A DNA stretch of 55,259 bases from a virus (taxonomy: Duplodnaviria; Caudoviricetes), in IMG/VR virus record IMGVR_UViG_3300023184_005048, positions 1 to 55,259 of that record. One strand, 5' to 3'. The position numbers were made by a program, and so were the translations under genes. Positions 21,603 to 32,669 of the stretch are shown in pieces; position 1 is the first letter of the stretch; every line of letters starts with the position of its first letter. The notes under the pieces were generated by a model. That model did no database searches, was not told the DNA's origin, and saw only the letters and a program-made list of their open reading frames with translations.

Positions 21603-22297
21603 TTATGAATTATTTTTTTAACTAATATCCAACACTGAGCGTTTTTATCTCTTTCATTTGTTATAATACCATTTGTCATTAGTTCTCTATAATCGGGCCA
21701 GTTTCCTGTTTCAAAAATATATTTAATATAATCCACATTTCCCCAGAAACCTAGTTCAACGATTTCAAATCCAACAGATTCCATTAGCATACAAAGACCC
21801 ATAGGTGTCAAACCATTAAAATGAAAAGGAGTCATATGTGGTATATTAATAGTTGGAACGCTAGTAAATAAATATCCACCATCTTTCATGTGATTATATA
21901 AATTAGACATTGATAAAAAAGGATTATAAAGATGTTCCAATGTTTGATTAAACATTACTAAATCAAAATCTTTTTCATTTAAGTTAAGTGTGTGTAAGTC
22001 GTTATGACCAGAATAATAGGTAGCATAATGTATATTATTATATGTTATGTATTCAAGTTCTGGATCAGTATCACAAGTTGATAAAACTTTATCAAAGTGT
22101 CCAAGATTATGTTTTTTTAACCAATCTTGAAAATCTAATATACACCAAATTCTAGGGAAGTCTTTTCCTTCCCATTTCCAATTTTTATTATTAAGTTCAA
22201 ATGGTAATACCTCAAACTTTCTATAATAGGAATCATCCTTATTAACATGTTTATGATAGATATCTACTATCTCTTCTTCTTTAAAAAACTTATTCAT
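21599..22297 (-). CDS. Methyltransferase domain protein
   Basis: FDLVMFNQTLEHL..P...MKDGGYL. Confidence 0.7.
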   Translation of the reverse strand: MNKFFKEEEIVDIYHKHVNKDDSYYRKFEVLPFELNNKNWKWEGKDFPRIWCILDFQDWLKKHNLGHFDKVLSTCDTDPELEYITYNNIHYATYYSGHNDLHTLNLNEKDFDLVMFNQTLEHLYNPFLSMSNLYNHMKDGGYLFTSVPTINIPHMTPFHFNGLTPMGLCMLMESVGFEIVELGFWGNVDYIKYIFETGNWPDYRELMTNGIITNERDKNAQCWILVKKIIHK

Positions 22298-23757
22298 ATT
22301 CTTTTAGTTATTTTTTGACAAATAGATTCCATTGTGAAATTATCTACCCAGTAATTATACAAATTATCTTGTATTTGTTTGATTCTATCTGGTGTATAAC
22401 TTGATAGAATAGTGTCTATATTTTGAATATCATTAAAATTAATTAAAACACAAAACTCATTCCAATCTATTTCATCTTCAAATGGACACCACTTATGGTC
22501 ATAAATGAATACCGGTATTGAACCCAATTGAATTGCTTCATATAATCTAAAAGAACTTCTACCATAACCTCTTGGTGCTAAACAAAAAATACTTCTAGAT
22601 GTTATGTTAATAAAATTATTAAAGTCATTTTCTGAAACAGATGATGTCCAGTTTCTAGCTGATATTACATACTTTGGATTATTAACTAAAGAATGATACA
22701 TCATATTTCTAATTGGATGTGTTATCGAACCAACAAATGAACAAAATATATCTTTTTCTAACTTAGGCTTTATTTCATCTTTTATTGGCGAACAAACTAA
22801 TGGAATAGGAATACCACCACCATTACCACCAGCATTAAATGAAATTGTATCCTTTGGTAATCTTTCTCTAATAGCATCATCGTGTTGAGCTACTGTAAAG
22901 TATTTAAGATTAGGATCTAATGTATTAATTAATTCTTGTAATCCATTAAAACAGTTGTCCACATAACAAGTTGTCCAAAAAACTGGAATATAATATCTAT
23001 CAGTTTTTATATTATTTTTTGTAAAATAATCAAAGAAGTAGTCTTCTAGATATAAACCATCATGGTACGGTGGATATGTTGGGTATTTAGGATTAGGTCT
23101 AAAATTAGAGAATATATCTATTAAATGATTTTGGTAGTTATTTTTATTATCTACTTTTTTTCTAACTATATCCATTAGTTTAATTTTATTTTCAATACCC
23201 TCTACCCAATTTGAGTGATGAACTAATATAGGATAAGGAATATTAAACTCTTGACCTTTCCAAGCAGTGTATATTAAATGACCTATTGTGAAAAATTTAT
23301 TAGAAAGAAACTTTGACTTAACCATATGAATATGCCTATTAAGTGTAGTTTGGTCTTCTCCTTCATAATTTTTTTTCATTTCGGAAAACATATTAAGCGT
23401 TGATTCATTACCTCTACAAATAAAAAATCCAGAACAATAATACTGAGCAGTATCATTTTGACAAGCAATATCATAGTCACCTAACTCTTCTATCATAGTT
23501 TCTTTGATGTTTCCAAAGAATTGAATATCAACATCTGAAAAAGCAAATAATTCGCCTTGATTTTCCTCACAAGCCTTTTCATAAAGCTCTACTTTTCTAT
23601 AACATGTTTTATCCCAGCCTTCCTTATAAAACTCACCGGTTGGACATTCTTGTGGAATCTCCAATGGAATAATTTCAAACTCATTAGGAATTGTTTTTAA
23701 AAAATAATCTTCATATAACTTTCTATGTGAAGGTGTAAATATTACATATAATTTCAT
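22294..23757 (-). CDS. Nucleotide-diphospho-sugar transferase (GT77-like) fused to exostosin (GT47-like) domain
   Basis: FSDVDI, CSGFF, EDQ; C-terminal SIFCLAPRG...SFRLYEAIQLGSIPV. Confidence 0.8.
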   Translation of the reverse strand: MKLYVIFTPSHRKLYEDYFLKTIPNEFEIIPLEIPQECPTGEFYKEGWDKTCYRKVELYEKACEENQGELFAFSDVDIQFFGNIKETMIEELGDYDIACQNDTAQYYCSGFFICRGNESTLNMFSEMKKNYEGEDQTTLNRHIHMVKSKFLSNKFFTIGHLIYTAWKGQEFNIPYPILVHHSNWVEGIENKIKLMDIVRKKVDNKNNYQNHLIDIFSNFRPNPKYPTYPPYHDGLYLEDYFFDYFTKNNIKTDRYYIPVFWTTCYVDNCFNGLQELINTLDPNLKYFTVAQHDDAIRERLPKDTISFNAGGNGGGIPIPLVCSPIKDEIKPKLEKDIFCSFVGSITHPIRNMMYHSLVNNPKYVISARNWTSSVSENDFNNFINITSRSIFCLAPRGYGRSSFRLYEAIQLGSIPVFIYDHKWCPFEDEIDWNEFCVLINFNDIQNIDTILSSYTPDRIKQIQDNLYNYWVDNFTMESICQKITKRI

Positions 23758-24602
23758 TTAAAAATTATTGATTTTTTAGATTGTATTAAATAATAAAGTA
23801 ATATTGAAAATGAACTACCTTCCCATCCTATAAAGTTATTAACATTTAAATTTTTAGCTATTAAGAAATCAAGATGTGCGAAAATTTCACTACCATCTAT
23901 ACTACTATCTATATCCAACACATCTGATTTTTCAAATGTATAAACATCATAATCTTTTTTTAATTCATTTACAAAAGGATGGTCTGTTTCTTCCAAAGAC
24001 AATACAAGAGGTATTGATTTATCACAATTTAAATATATTTCTCTTCTATAATTTTCAATAAGATTAAGATAAGATGATAAACCACTGTTATGTACCATAT
24101 GATTTTTCATGTTAGTGTCTATTCTTAAATGAACTATATTAACCAACTTATCAGATAATCCTTTAGTAAATATAATACTATTGGATATATTTTCATATTT
24201 ATCATTAAATACTAGACTTCTAACTATTTTTATAAAATCTAATCTATTATGTAGATATGACATATATACATATGGATAAGTTTTAATAGTGTAACTATTA
24301 TTATAATCTAGGTCAATTATATCGTATAATTTATATCCATACTCACTTCTCATTTTTTTAAAATTAAATATTTCAGAAGATAACATAGAATCTCCTCTTT
24401 CAGTATCTTTAGCTAATAAATCTACATAAATATCATCAGTGTTATTATAAATAATTGTATTTATAAGCTTAAATATTTGATTACAAAGACCACAACCATT
24501 ACCGGGCCAATTAGTATCTTCTATGTTAATTGGGAAATTAATTTTTGATCTATCCCAAGGTGTATTTTGATCGGAATAAATTTGGACTGAAACTACATTC
24601 AT
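23754..24602 (-). CDS. O-fucosyltransferase-like protein
   Basis: GLCNQ, VHLRID, AHLDF, FIG..GSSFS. Confidence 0.65.
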   Translation of the reverse strand: MNVVSVQIYSDQNTPWDRSKINFPINIEDTNWPGNGCGLCNQIFKLINTIIYNNTDDIYVDLLAKDTERGDSMLSSEIFNFKKMRSEYGYKLYDIIDLDYNNSYTIKTYPYVYMSYLHNRLDFIKIVRSLVFNDKYENISNSIIFTKGLSDKLVNIVHLRIDTNMKNHMVHNSGLSSYLNLIENYRREIYLNCDKSIPLVLSLEETDHPFVNELKKDYDVYTFEKSDVLDIDSSIDGSEIFAHLDFLIAKNLNVNNFIGWEGSSFSILLYYLIQSKKSIIFK

Positions 24603-26104
24603 ATTGTTTTTTTAATTTTTTTAATCATACCATCAAATCTTTGTTTGTTGGTCATTTTATGTACAGGTGATACAACTCTATCAACCCATCTTTCTCTTTG
24701 ATGCCACATATGATATATTGTATTATTTAATAAGTTAGTTGTTTGAAATTCATCATCAAAAATTGGTTCTAAATAATGAAATTTAATACCGGCTTCTTTT
24801 AGAACCCACATAAAATCATAATACGGTTCAGTACAAGGTTTCCATATTAAACCAAGCGGTTTACCAGAAGTACCAAACTCCATATTATACTCATAATTAA
24901 CACCTCCTTTTTTTTCATAAGGATACTCTTCTATCCATTCTTGTTTAAATTGAGGTATAGACGTTCTATTAAACCAAGTATCAATACACTTTCTATTCAT
25001 TATCATAAAAAATGAATTAAAAGCCATATTGTTACCACCTCTATATTCAAAATATCCATCAGGTGGACCGGCAATATCTAGATTATTTTTAATCATATAT
25101 TGAATTAAATTTTCTATCTCATCTCTTGAGGTGATAAAGCAATCTTCATCAATATGAACATACCAATCAGCCACATATTTATATGACCTATTTAACCACT
25201 CATACCAAATAGTAAACCAACCAGTTCTACCATCAATTTTAATATGATCACTTTCGGGAAATAATTTTTTAATACATTCAGATTGTGTTTCTTGAATATC
25301 AGAAAATGTTGATGTGGTGAAAAATACTATCTTCATGTTTAGTTTTTCTTTTTTTTCAGATAGGTTTATATTTATCTGTTCTTTTTCTATAAATTTTTTA
25401 ATACTTGTACAAAATGAGTATATATCAGCGTAATTTTTTATATCACTAACTACTTTACCATCAGCTGTTGACCAAAATCCTTTTTTTGATACTATGTCTT
25501 TATATAAACTTTGACCAAACTCATTCCAAATATCACCATCATAATTAGTTTGATGTGTTTTGTGGTAAATTAATTTACTATTTATATGATAGATAGTAAA
25601 TGAATTTTTATTTGAAATAATTGGAATCCAATAATCCCACCAAGGCATTCCAATAACATAGTTTTTATTTGAAAATAGATTTACATTTTTTTTATTAAAT
25701 ATAAATATATCATAACCAGCGGTAAATGGATATGGCTCTTTCTCACCATCTAATTCATATCTAGTTGCTATTATTAAACCTTTATCTAAATATTTGTTTT
25801 TTAATAAATCACTTATATCTATACTAGAATTTAATATAATATCAGAGTTTACTATACAAGCATATTCTTTATCAGAACTCTTAATAGCTTCAAGTAACGC
25901 ATTTAACTTTATTAATTCTTTTCCTTTATAAGTATAAGTATCTTCTGTTTCTATAAAATTAACATATGGATATAAACTACCAATCTTATCAATATCATTT
26001 TTTGTATTAACAGAGTAAATAGAAAATTTTGAAGCCCAAGAAGACATAGCTTCATTCTGAGCTTCAAAATTTCCATTTGGATTTATAGTTGTAAAAATAT
26101 TCAT
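24599..26104 (-). CDS. Two-domain putative glycosyltransferase
   Basis: NSDI, GYDIF, G.PWWDYW; second domain HIDEDCF. Confidence 0.6.
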   Translation of the reverse strand: MNIFTTINPNGNFEAQNEAMSSWASKFSIYSVNTKNDIDKIGSLYPYVNFIETEDTYTYKGKELIKLNALLEAIKSSDKEYACIVNSDIILNSSIDISDLLKNKYLDKGLIIATRYELDGEKEPYPFTAGYDIFIFNKKNVNLFSNKNYVIGMPWWDYWIPIISNKNSFTIYHINSKLIYHKTHQTNYDGDIWNEFGQSLYKDIVSKKGFWSTADGKVVSDIKNYADIYSFCTSIKKFIEKEQININLSEKKEKLNMKIVFFTTSTFSDIQETQSECIKKLFPESDHIKIDGRTGWFTIWYEWLNRSYKYVADWYVHIDEDCFITSRDEIENLIQYMIKNNLDIAGPPDGYFEYRGGNNMAFNSFFMIMNRKCIDTWFNRTSIPQFKQEWIEEYPYEKKGGVNYEYNMEFGTSGKPLGLIWKPCTEPYYDFMWVLKEAGIKFHYLEPIFDDEFQTTNLLNNTIYHMWHQRERWVDRVVSPVHKMTNKQRFDGMIKKIKKTI

Positions 26105-26877
26105 TACTTGTTTAATAATTCTTCTCTAAATTTAATTTCATCTTCTTTTAATCCACCCCAAGACCAAGATTGTCTAATCGGAACACCATATTGACTAATA
26201 TGAACAAATTGATATTCTTCTGGATAGAAAAATTCTATAAAATTACCATACATATGGTATTCACAAGAACCCCAACCTTTGTGAGTGTCGATATGATTAG
26301 ATTGGAAATCTAAATCCATAGTCCATAATTGTCTAGCATGTGAATTTAAATAGTTCCAAATACCACCCCAATTTTCATTAACCCAGTTTTGAAATAATTC
26401 TGTAGTTTTTCTAGAAAAAAACCAAGTTGGAGCAGGCATATGATCTCTTGTAGATTCTCTTTTAATAAAGAAATCAGTAGGAACTCTATGAATCTCACCT
26501 TCACCTGATTCTGACCATTCTCTGTAAAACCATTTAATTTTTCCATCAATATAATAATAAGACATATCTATGTTATTAGTAAACATAGTATCACTATCAA
26601 TTTGAAGAATATAGTCAGCATCTGTGTACTTTGTCCAATTTAACTTCACACTTTGAGCCCAAGCATATCCAATACCAACTGGGCAAGGATGTGTTTCATT
26701 TGGTAAATCTTCATAAAAGATTTTAATCGGAAGATTAGAATCAATTTTTAATTCAGTTCCGCTATCTGTAACAATAACAATGTCTCTAAAGCCTGTTACA
26801 AATTTTTCAATACTTTTGATACAATACTCCAACCAAATAAAATCACCTGGGTATGTTTTGATAAAAATGTCTGTCAT
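26104..26877 (-). CDS. Putative GT-A glycosyltransferase
   Basis: IFIKTY, GYAWAQSVKL, IDSDT. Confidence 0.55.
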   Translation of the reverse strand: MTDIFIKTYPGDFIWLEYCIKSIEKFVTGFRDIVIVTDSGTELKIDSNLPIKIFYEDLPNETHPCPVGIGYAWAQSVKLNWTKYTDADYILQIDSDTMFTNNIDMSYYYIDGKIKWFYREWSESGEGEIHRVPTDFFIKRESTRDHMPAPTWFFSRKTTELFQNWVNENWGGIWNYLNSHARQLWTMDLDFQSNHIDTHKGWGSCEYHMYGNFIEFFYPEEYQFVHISQYGVPIRQSWSWGGLKEDEIKFREELLNK

Positions 26878-26878
26878 T

Positions 26879-27580
26879 TTATATTTCTATTCTTTTTTCT
26901 ACTGGTAATAATTTTCTTTTATTCCAAGTTACTTCATCTTCCGACCACTTAGCATTATAAGCTTGGTCCGCCTGATCGGCATTTCTTTTACCAGCAGCAT
27001 AATGTAAATGTTCAAATACTGTAGTATCATTTATTCTATCATCATATAATAAACCTAAATCTTTTAAGTTATTATATAACTCACAATCAGAAAACATATG
27101 ATTATAAGCAGGATGATAAATGGTCATATTTAACTTTTTCAAGCAACCATAAGTCATAATTGGAATTGTAATAGCCGCATGTAACATATTAGATGAATCA
27201 GGTAATTGATAACCATCTCTAACCATTAAACCAACATCTCCTTTACTATTCAACTTATTAATTAAATAAGTGTCCCAACCTTGAGGTGCCATAAAATCAT
27301 CAGAAGCAAAAATAACAATATCACCATCATTTGCTACACCCATTTTAATCCCTAAGTTAGAAGATAACTGATAAGAAGGATAACAAACACCAATCTTATT
27401 AGTATTAACTGTTATTAGATAATTTTTCTTTAAGTAATCTCTTAATTGGTCAGCGTGTTCTTTCCAATTAACAGCAACATAAGTTTGTATGTTTTCTGGA
27501 TTATCGGCTCTTTTAATCCACTCAGTATGTGCGTGTTGAAACTGAGCAGGTCTTAGTGTACACCATAAAATATGTATCAT
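26879..27580 (-). CDS. GT2-like glycosyltransferase
   Basis: ASDDF, IYHPAY.HMFSD, FEHLH. Confidence 0.65.
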   Translation of the reverse strand: MIHILWCTLRPAQFQHAHTEWIKRADNPENIQTYVAVNWKEHADQLRDYLKKNYLITVNTNKIGVCYPSYQLSSNLGIKMGVANDGDIVIFASDDFMAPQGWDTYLINKLNSKGDVGLMVRDGYQLPDSSNMLHAAITIPIMTYGCLKKLNMTIYHPAYNHMFSDCELYNNLKDLGLLYDDRINDTTVFEHLHYAAGKRNADQADQAYNAKWSEDEVTWNKRKLLPVEKRIEI

Positions 27581-28605
27581 ATACTATTTATATTTTTAAT
27601 ATCATGCTCCATCATGATTTTAACTAACTCTTCAAATTTAACTTTAGGTTCCCATCCTAAAACAGTTTTAGCTTTTGTATAATCACCAATAAGTAAATCA
27701 ACCTCAGACGGTCTCAAATACTTTTTATCTAATTCTACTATAACTAATCCATCTACTAAGCCTTTCTCATTTTCTCCTTCACCTTCCCAAGTTAAATTCC
27801 AACCACATTCTTTACAAGCCAATTCAACAAACTCTTTAATTGTATGTGTTTCATTAGTTGAAAGAACATAATCATCTGGAGTATCTTGTTGTATCATTAA
27901 CCACATACCATAAACAAAGTCTTTAGCATAACCCCAATCTCTTTTAGAGTAAAGATTACCTAATCTTAATTTAGGAAATTCTTGACCGTTATCTAAACAT
28001 CTTTTAATCTCTCCTAATGCTAAAGTGATTTTACGAGTAACAAATGTTTCACCTCTTCTTTCACCTTCGTGATTAAAAAGAATACCGTTACTAATATGTA
28101 AACCATAAGCTTCTCTGTAGTTTTTACATATCCAGAATGAATATAATTTAGCAACACCATAAGGACTTCTTGGATGAAAAGGTGTTACTTCTGTTTGAGG
28201 CACTTCTTTAACCAAACCATACATTTCTGATGTACAAGCATTATAGAATCTAGCATTAGGACAATGCTTTCTATAAGCCTCAATAAATCTAAGTGTACCC
28301 ATAGCATCAACTTGACCAGTATATTCTGGTAATTCAAATGATACTTTTACATGTGACTGTGCCGCTAGATGATAAATCTCATCTGGTTTAATTTCACTCA
28401 TAAGTCTATCAAGACAAAGTGAATCAGTCATATCACCATAGTGTAATTTAATTTTGTTATAGATATGATTAATTCTACCAGTATTGATAGTAGATGATCT
28501 TCTAACAATACCGTGTACTTCATATCCTTTCTCAAGTAATAACTCGGCTAAATAAGAACCATCTTGTCCCGTTATACCCGTTATAAAAGCTTTCTTATTT
28601 GACAT
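27577..28605 (-). CDS. gmd: GDP-mannose 4,6-dehydratase
   Basis: ITGITGQDGSYLAE, LAAQSHV, PRSPYGVAK, GETFVTRKI. Confidence 0.95.
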   Translation of the reverse strand: MSNKKAFITGITGQDGSYLAELLLEKGYEVHGIVRRSSTINTGRINHIYNKIKLHYGDMTDSLCLDRLMSEIKPDEIYHLAAQSHVKVSFELPEYTGQVDAMGTLRFIEAYRKHCPNARFYNACTSEMYGLVKEVPQTEVTPFHPRSPYGVAKLYSFWICKNYREAYGLHISNGILFNHEGERRGETFVTRKITLALGEIKRCLDNGQEFPKLRLGNLYSKRDWGYAKDFVYGMWLMIQQDTPDDYVLSTNETHTIKEFVELACKECGWNLTWEGEGENEKGLVDGLVIVELDKKYLRPSEVDLLIGDYTKAKTVLGWEPKVKFEELVKIMMEHDIKNINSI

Positions 28606-29515
28606 AATCTTTATATGTTTTTTCTATCCCCTCTCTCAAAGTGGTTTTGTATTCCCAACCTAAATCTTTTAACTTAGAAACATCTAATAATTTTCTTGGT
28701 GTACCATCTGGCATATCTGTATTAAAATAAATATCACCTCTAAAACCAACAACTTCTTTTATTGTTAGAGCTAAATCTTTTATTGTTATATCTACTCCAG
28801 TGCCAATGTTTACTACTTCACTGCTATTATAATTTTTCATAAGATAAACACAAGCATCTGCTAAATCATCTACATAAAGAAATTCTCTCATTGGTTTTCC
28901 TGTTCCCCAGATTTCAACTTTCTCTTTACCTTCTAATTTAGCTTCGTGAAATTTACGAATCATAGCTGGTAAAACATGTGAGTTATTCAAGTCATAGTTA
29001 TCATTTGGACCATAAAGATTTGTAGGCATAACAGAAATATAGTTTGTACCATATTGTTGGTTAAAGCTTTGACACATTTTAACACCAGCAATCTTAGCAA
29101 TAGCATAAGCATCATTTGTTGGTTCTAACGGACCAGTTAGAAGATACTCTTCTTTAATTGGTTGAGGTGACATCTTAGGATAAATACAAGATGAGCCTAA
29201 GAATATTAATTTCTTAACCTTAAAATCTTTTGAGCTTTTAATAATATTTGATTGAATCATAAGATTCTCATAAATAAAATCACCTTTCATTTCGTTGTTT
29301 GCTTTTATACCACCTACTTTGGCAGCGCAAACAAAAACATATTCTGGGCAATTTATATTAAAGAATGATTGTACATCTACTTGATTAAGCAAATTCAATC
29401 TATCTCTATCGAGGGTAATAATATTTGTATAACCAAGTTCTTTTAGTTTTCTAACTATTGCTGATCCAACCATTCCATTATGACCAGCAACAAAAATTCT
29501 AGCATTAAGTTCCAT
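28595..29515 (-). CDS. fcl: GDP-L-fucose synthase
   Basis: AGHNGMVGSAI, AAKVGGI, GSSCIYP, YAIAK, PTNLYGP. Confidence 0.95.
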   Translation of the reverse strand: MELNARIFVAGHNGMVGSAIVRKLKELGYTNIITLDRDRLNLLNQVDVQSFFNINCPEYVFVCAAKVGGIKANNEMKGDFIYENLMIQSNIIKSSKDFKVKKLIFLGSSCIYPKMSPQPIKEEYLLTGPLEPTNDAYAIAKIAGVKMCQSFNQQYGTNYISVMPTNLYGPNDNYDLNNSHVLPAMIRKFHEAKLEGKEKVEIWGTGKPMREFLYVDDLADACVYLMKNYNSSEVVNIGTGVDITIKDLALTIKEVVGFRGDIYFNTDMPDGTPRKLLDVSKLKDLGWEYKTTLREGIEKTYKDYVK

Positions 29516-29552
29516 TTGGTTTATATTGATTAATATAGTAATTGTTTAAAAT

Positions 29553-29582
29553 AAAAAAGAGAGTTTTTCAACTCTCTTTTTC
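29553..29582. terminator. Bidirectional-type intrinsic terminator after the clpC-like gene
   Basis: AAAAAAGAGAGTT-tttc-AACTCTCTTTTT. Confidence 0.8.
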
Positions 29583-29588
29583 AAATAC

Positions 29589-31727
29589 TTACTCAGTGTC
29601 AGTATCTTTTTTTCTTCTAGTAACTTTCTTCTTTGGTGGAGAAGTAATTACTACAACCATCTTGTCGTCTTCTTTATTGTAATCTAACAATAACTTAGAC
29701 ATCTTTTCAGGGTTTTGTTGTATGATTTCTTCTGTTAGAACATCTTCAACATACTTCTGAATAGCTCTTTTCAAAGGTCTAGCACCATATTCTGGGTCAA
29801 ATCCTTGAGAAGCGATATAATCAGTAGCACCTTCAGTAATTTCTAATTCAAAATCCATCTTTTGAACACGACTAACTAACTTCTCTAATTCAATACTAAT
29901 AATTTTATTAATATCTTCTTTTACAAGTGAGTTAAACATTACAACATCATCAATACGGTTTAAGAACTCAGGAGCGAATTTCTTCTTCAACTCTTTATCA
30001 ATAACTGAATTTGACTCTTGTTGACCTTTAGACTCTCTAGTTTTGGTATTGAAACCAACTCCAGTTCCAAATTCTTTCAACTGACGTGAACCAGTGTTAG
30101 AAGTCATAATGATAATGGTATTCTTAAAGTTAACTTTTCTACCAAGAGAATCTGTTAACTGACCATCGTCAAGAACTTGAAGTAACAAGTTGAACACTTC
30201 TGGGTGAGCTTTCTCAATCTCATCAAGAAGAACTACTGAGTAAGGCTTACGTCTAACTTTCTCAGTTAATTGTCCACCTTCATCGTGACCAACGTATCCT
30301 GGAGGCGCACCAATCAAACGAGATACAGCAAACTTCTCCATGTATTCTGACATATCAATTCTAATTAAAGAATCTTCTGAGTCAAATAGATACTTAGCCA
30401 GAACTTTAGCCAATTGTGTTTTACCAACACCTGTAGGCCCTAAGAACATAAATGAACCAATTGGTTTGTTTGGGTCTTTCAAACCAACACGACCTCTTTG
30501 AATTGCTTTAACAATTTTCTTAACAGCTTCATCTTGACCAACAACTTTACCAATAATAGAATCTGGCATTTTTGCTAGTTTATTAGTTTCATTTTCAGAT
30601 ACTTTTTGAAGAGGAATACCAGTCATCATCGAAACAACTTCTGCTACGTTGTCTTCGGTTACTGTTTGTTTGTTGTTAGAACATTCATCTTCCCATTTCT
30701 TTCTTTCTAACTCTAAAGATTCATTAAGTTGACGTTCAATGTCTCTTAACTTAGCGGCTTCTTCGTATTTTTGAGAACGAATAACTTGATTCTTTTTCTC
30801 TTTAATTTCTCCAATCTTATTCTCAATGTCAGTAATGACTTTAGGAACGACAATGTTTGAAATGTGAACACGAGACCCAGCCTCATCTAAAGCATCAATA
30901 GCTTTGTCTGGTAAGAAACGATCAGTAACATAACGATCAGTTAAATCAACACAAGCTTTGATTGCTTCTTCAGTGTAAACTACATTGTGATGTGATTCAT
31001 ACTTATCCTTAATGTTAGCAATGATTTGAATTGTTTCTTCAGCAGAAGCTGGCTCAACAATTACTTTTTGGAAACGTCTTTCCAAAGCACCATCTTTCTC
31101 AATATGCTTACGATATTCGTCCAATGTAGTAGCTCCGATGATTTGGATTTCACCACGAGCTAAAGCTGGTTTGAACATATTAGAAGCATCTAATGAACCA
31201 GAAGCACCACCAGCACCGATAATAGTGTGGATTTCATCAATGAAAAGGATTACATCTGGTTCTTTCTCCATTTCAGCCATTAGCGCTTTGATACGTTCTT
31301 CAAACTGACCACGATACTTTGTACCAGCCACCATAGAAGCTAAGTCAAGCATTACGATTCTTTTGTTAAAAAGAATACGGCTTACTTTTCTTTGAATAAT
31401 TCTTAGTGCTAATCCTTCAGCAATTGAAGATTTACCAACACCTGGTTCACCAATTAAGATTGGATTGTTTTTCTTTCTACGAGAAAGAATTTGAGAAACT
31501 CTCTCAATCTCTTTTTCACGACCGATGATAGCATCAAGTTTTCCTTCTTCAGCCATTTTAGTTAGGTCACGGCTATAAGTGTCTAGTACAGGAGTTTTAG
31601 ACTTAGAGTCTGGTTTTCTTGAACTAGAATTAAAGGAAGGACTATCATCATCATCATCGTCAATAGCGGCTTTAATGTCAGGTGACACATAATCTCTGCC
31701 TTCGATGTTGTTCTTAGTATTCTTCAT
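29589..31727 (-). CDS. clpC: ClpC-like AAA+ ATPase lacking the N-terminal Clp-repeat domain
   Basis: Two Walker A motifs ([16 protein letters not shown]), GTKYRG and GYVG pore loops, UVR-like [12 protein letters not shown] ClpP-docking loop. Confidence 0.9.
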   Translation of the reverse strand: MKNTKNNIEGRDYVSPDIKAAIDDDDDDSPSFNSSSRKPDSKSKTPVLDTYSRDLTKMAEEGKLDAIIGREKEIERVSQILSRRKKNNPILIGEPGVGKSSIAEGLALRIIQRKVSRILFNKRIVMLDLASMVAGTKYRGQFEERIKALMAEMEKEPDVILFIDEIHTIIGAGGASGSLDASNMFKPALARGEIQIIGATTLDEYRKHIEKDGALERRFQKVIVEPASAEETIQIIANIKDKYESHHNVVYTEEAIKACVDLTDRYVTDRFLPDKAIDALDEAGSRVHISNIVVPKVITDIENKIGEIKEKKNQVIRSQKYEEAAKLRDIERQLNESLELERKKWEDECSNNKQTVTEDNVAEVVSMMTGIPLQKVSENETNKLAKMPDSIIGKVVGQDEAVKKIVKAIQRGRVGLKDPNKPIGSFMFLGPTGVGKTQLAKVLAKYLFDSEDSLIRIDMSEYMEKFAVSRLIGAPPGYVGHDEGGQLTEKVRRKPYSVVLLDEIEKAHPEVFNLLLQVLDDGQLTDSLGRKVNFKNTIIIMTSNTGSRQLKEFGTGVGFNTKTRESKGQQESNSVIDKELKKKFAPEFLNRIDDVVMFNSLVKEDINKIISIELEKLVSRVQKMDFELEITEGATDYIASQGFDPEYGARPLKRAIQKYVEDVLTEEIIQQNPEKMSKLLLDYNKEDDKMVVVITSPPKKKVTRRKKDTDTE

Positions 31728-31745
31728 ATTTTCTAATTTACTTGT

Positions 31746-32093
31746 TTATTTTATATTATTATTTTGTTCGTTGTTTAGTACAACATCAATAATTTCTTCT
31801 CTTCGTTCTGAAATGTCTTTATGATTTAATAAATCACATCTTAAAGAAGTATTCATTGTATTCTTATCTGTATCAATTGTTTTAATTATTGTTCCTTTTG
31901 CCTCGAACTCTTTACCAACTATATTAAATTTCTCTTTATTTTCATACTTATTAAAAAAGATATCTGAGTATTTTGGATATTTTTTAATATCGAATGATAA
32001 TTGTAAAGAAGCATGTGATCCAATACTTAGTTGAATCATCATTTCTTTTATAAAGAATGTTTCGTTATTAATCTTAATCCAAGATTCTTTCAT
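31746..32093 (-). CDS. Hypothetical protein
   Basis: ORF track; C-terminal RREEIIDVVL motif. Confidence 0.65.
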   Translation of the reverse strand: MKESWIKINNETFFIKEMMIQLSIGSHASLQLSFDIKKYPKYSDIFFNKYENKEKFNIVGKEFEAKGTIIKTIDTDKNTMNTSLRCDLLNHKDISERREEIIDVVLNNEQNNNIK

Positions 32094-32659
32094 TATGCCA
32101 ATCTAAAGTTTTTTAAGAAGTCTCTCAAAAAAGCGTTCTTTTCACCACCTATAAGTTTAATCCATTCTTGATAAACCTTTTGATCTTCTTTTGATTTTGA
32201 CTCTTTAATTCTTCTAGCAATTTGATAAGCACTACCATCACCTAAAATTAAATCACCATAATTATCAATAACCCAATCTTCAAAGTCAGGGTATTTCTTT
32301 TTATTAAAAACTCTTTCATCAACAATAAAAACAACAGCTGTAAGTTGGTCACCTAAGTCTGGTTCACTAAATTGAGCAAAACTAACTCCATTATCCAATA
32401 AAGTAAGCAAGTGATTGTTAAGACTACCCAATGGTAATCCATCTTCTAAAGAAGTTTTATGATTTGTTGTACCACCATTTAAGATAATAAATGTTTTCCA
32501 ATTATCAGCCCAATCATTGTATATGATTTCTTGTTGTGTTCTATCCTTTGATTTTTGACCATATTCAACAACAGCGTGTCCAAATTGAATTGCTTGTTGA
32601 ATAGGTGAGATATTATAAGGTACAAGACCGTACATTCTCAATTCTAATTTATTACTCAT
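32093..32659 (-). CDS. Peptidyl-tRNA hydrolase 2-like protein
   Basis: QAIQFGHAVVEY...W..KTFIIL...FSEPDLGDQLTAV. Confidence 0.6.
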   Translation of the reverse strand: MSNKLELRMYGLVPYNISPIQQAIQFGHAVVEYGQKSKDRTQQEIIYNDWADNWKTFIILNGGTTNHKTSLEDGLPLGSLNNHLLTLLDNGVSFAQFSEPDLGDQLTAVVFIVDERVFNKKKYPDFEDWVIDNYGDLILGDGSAYQIARRIKESKSKEDQKVYQEWIKLIGGEKNAFLRDFLKNFRLA

Positions 32660-32669
32660 ATTTTTTATA

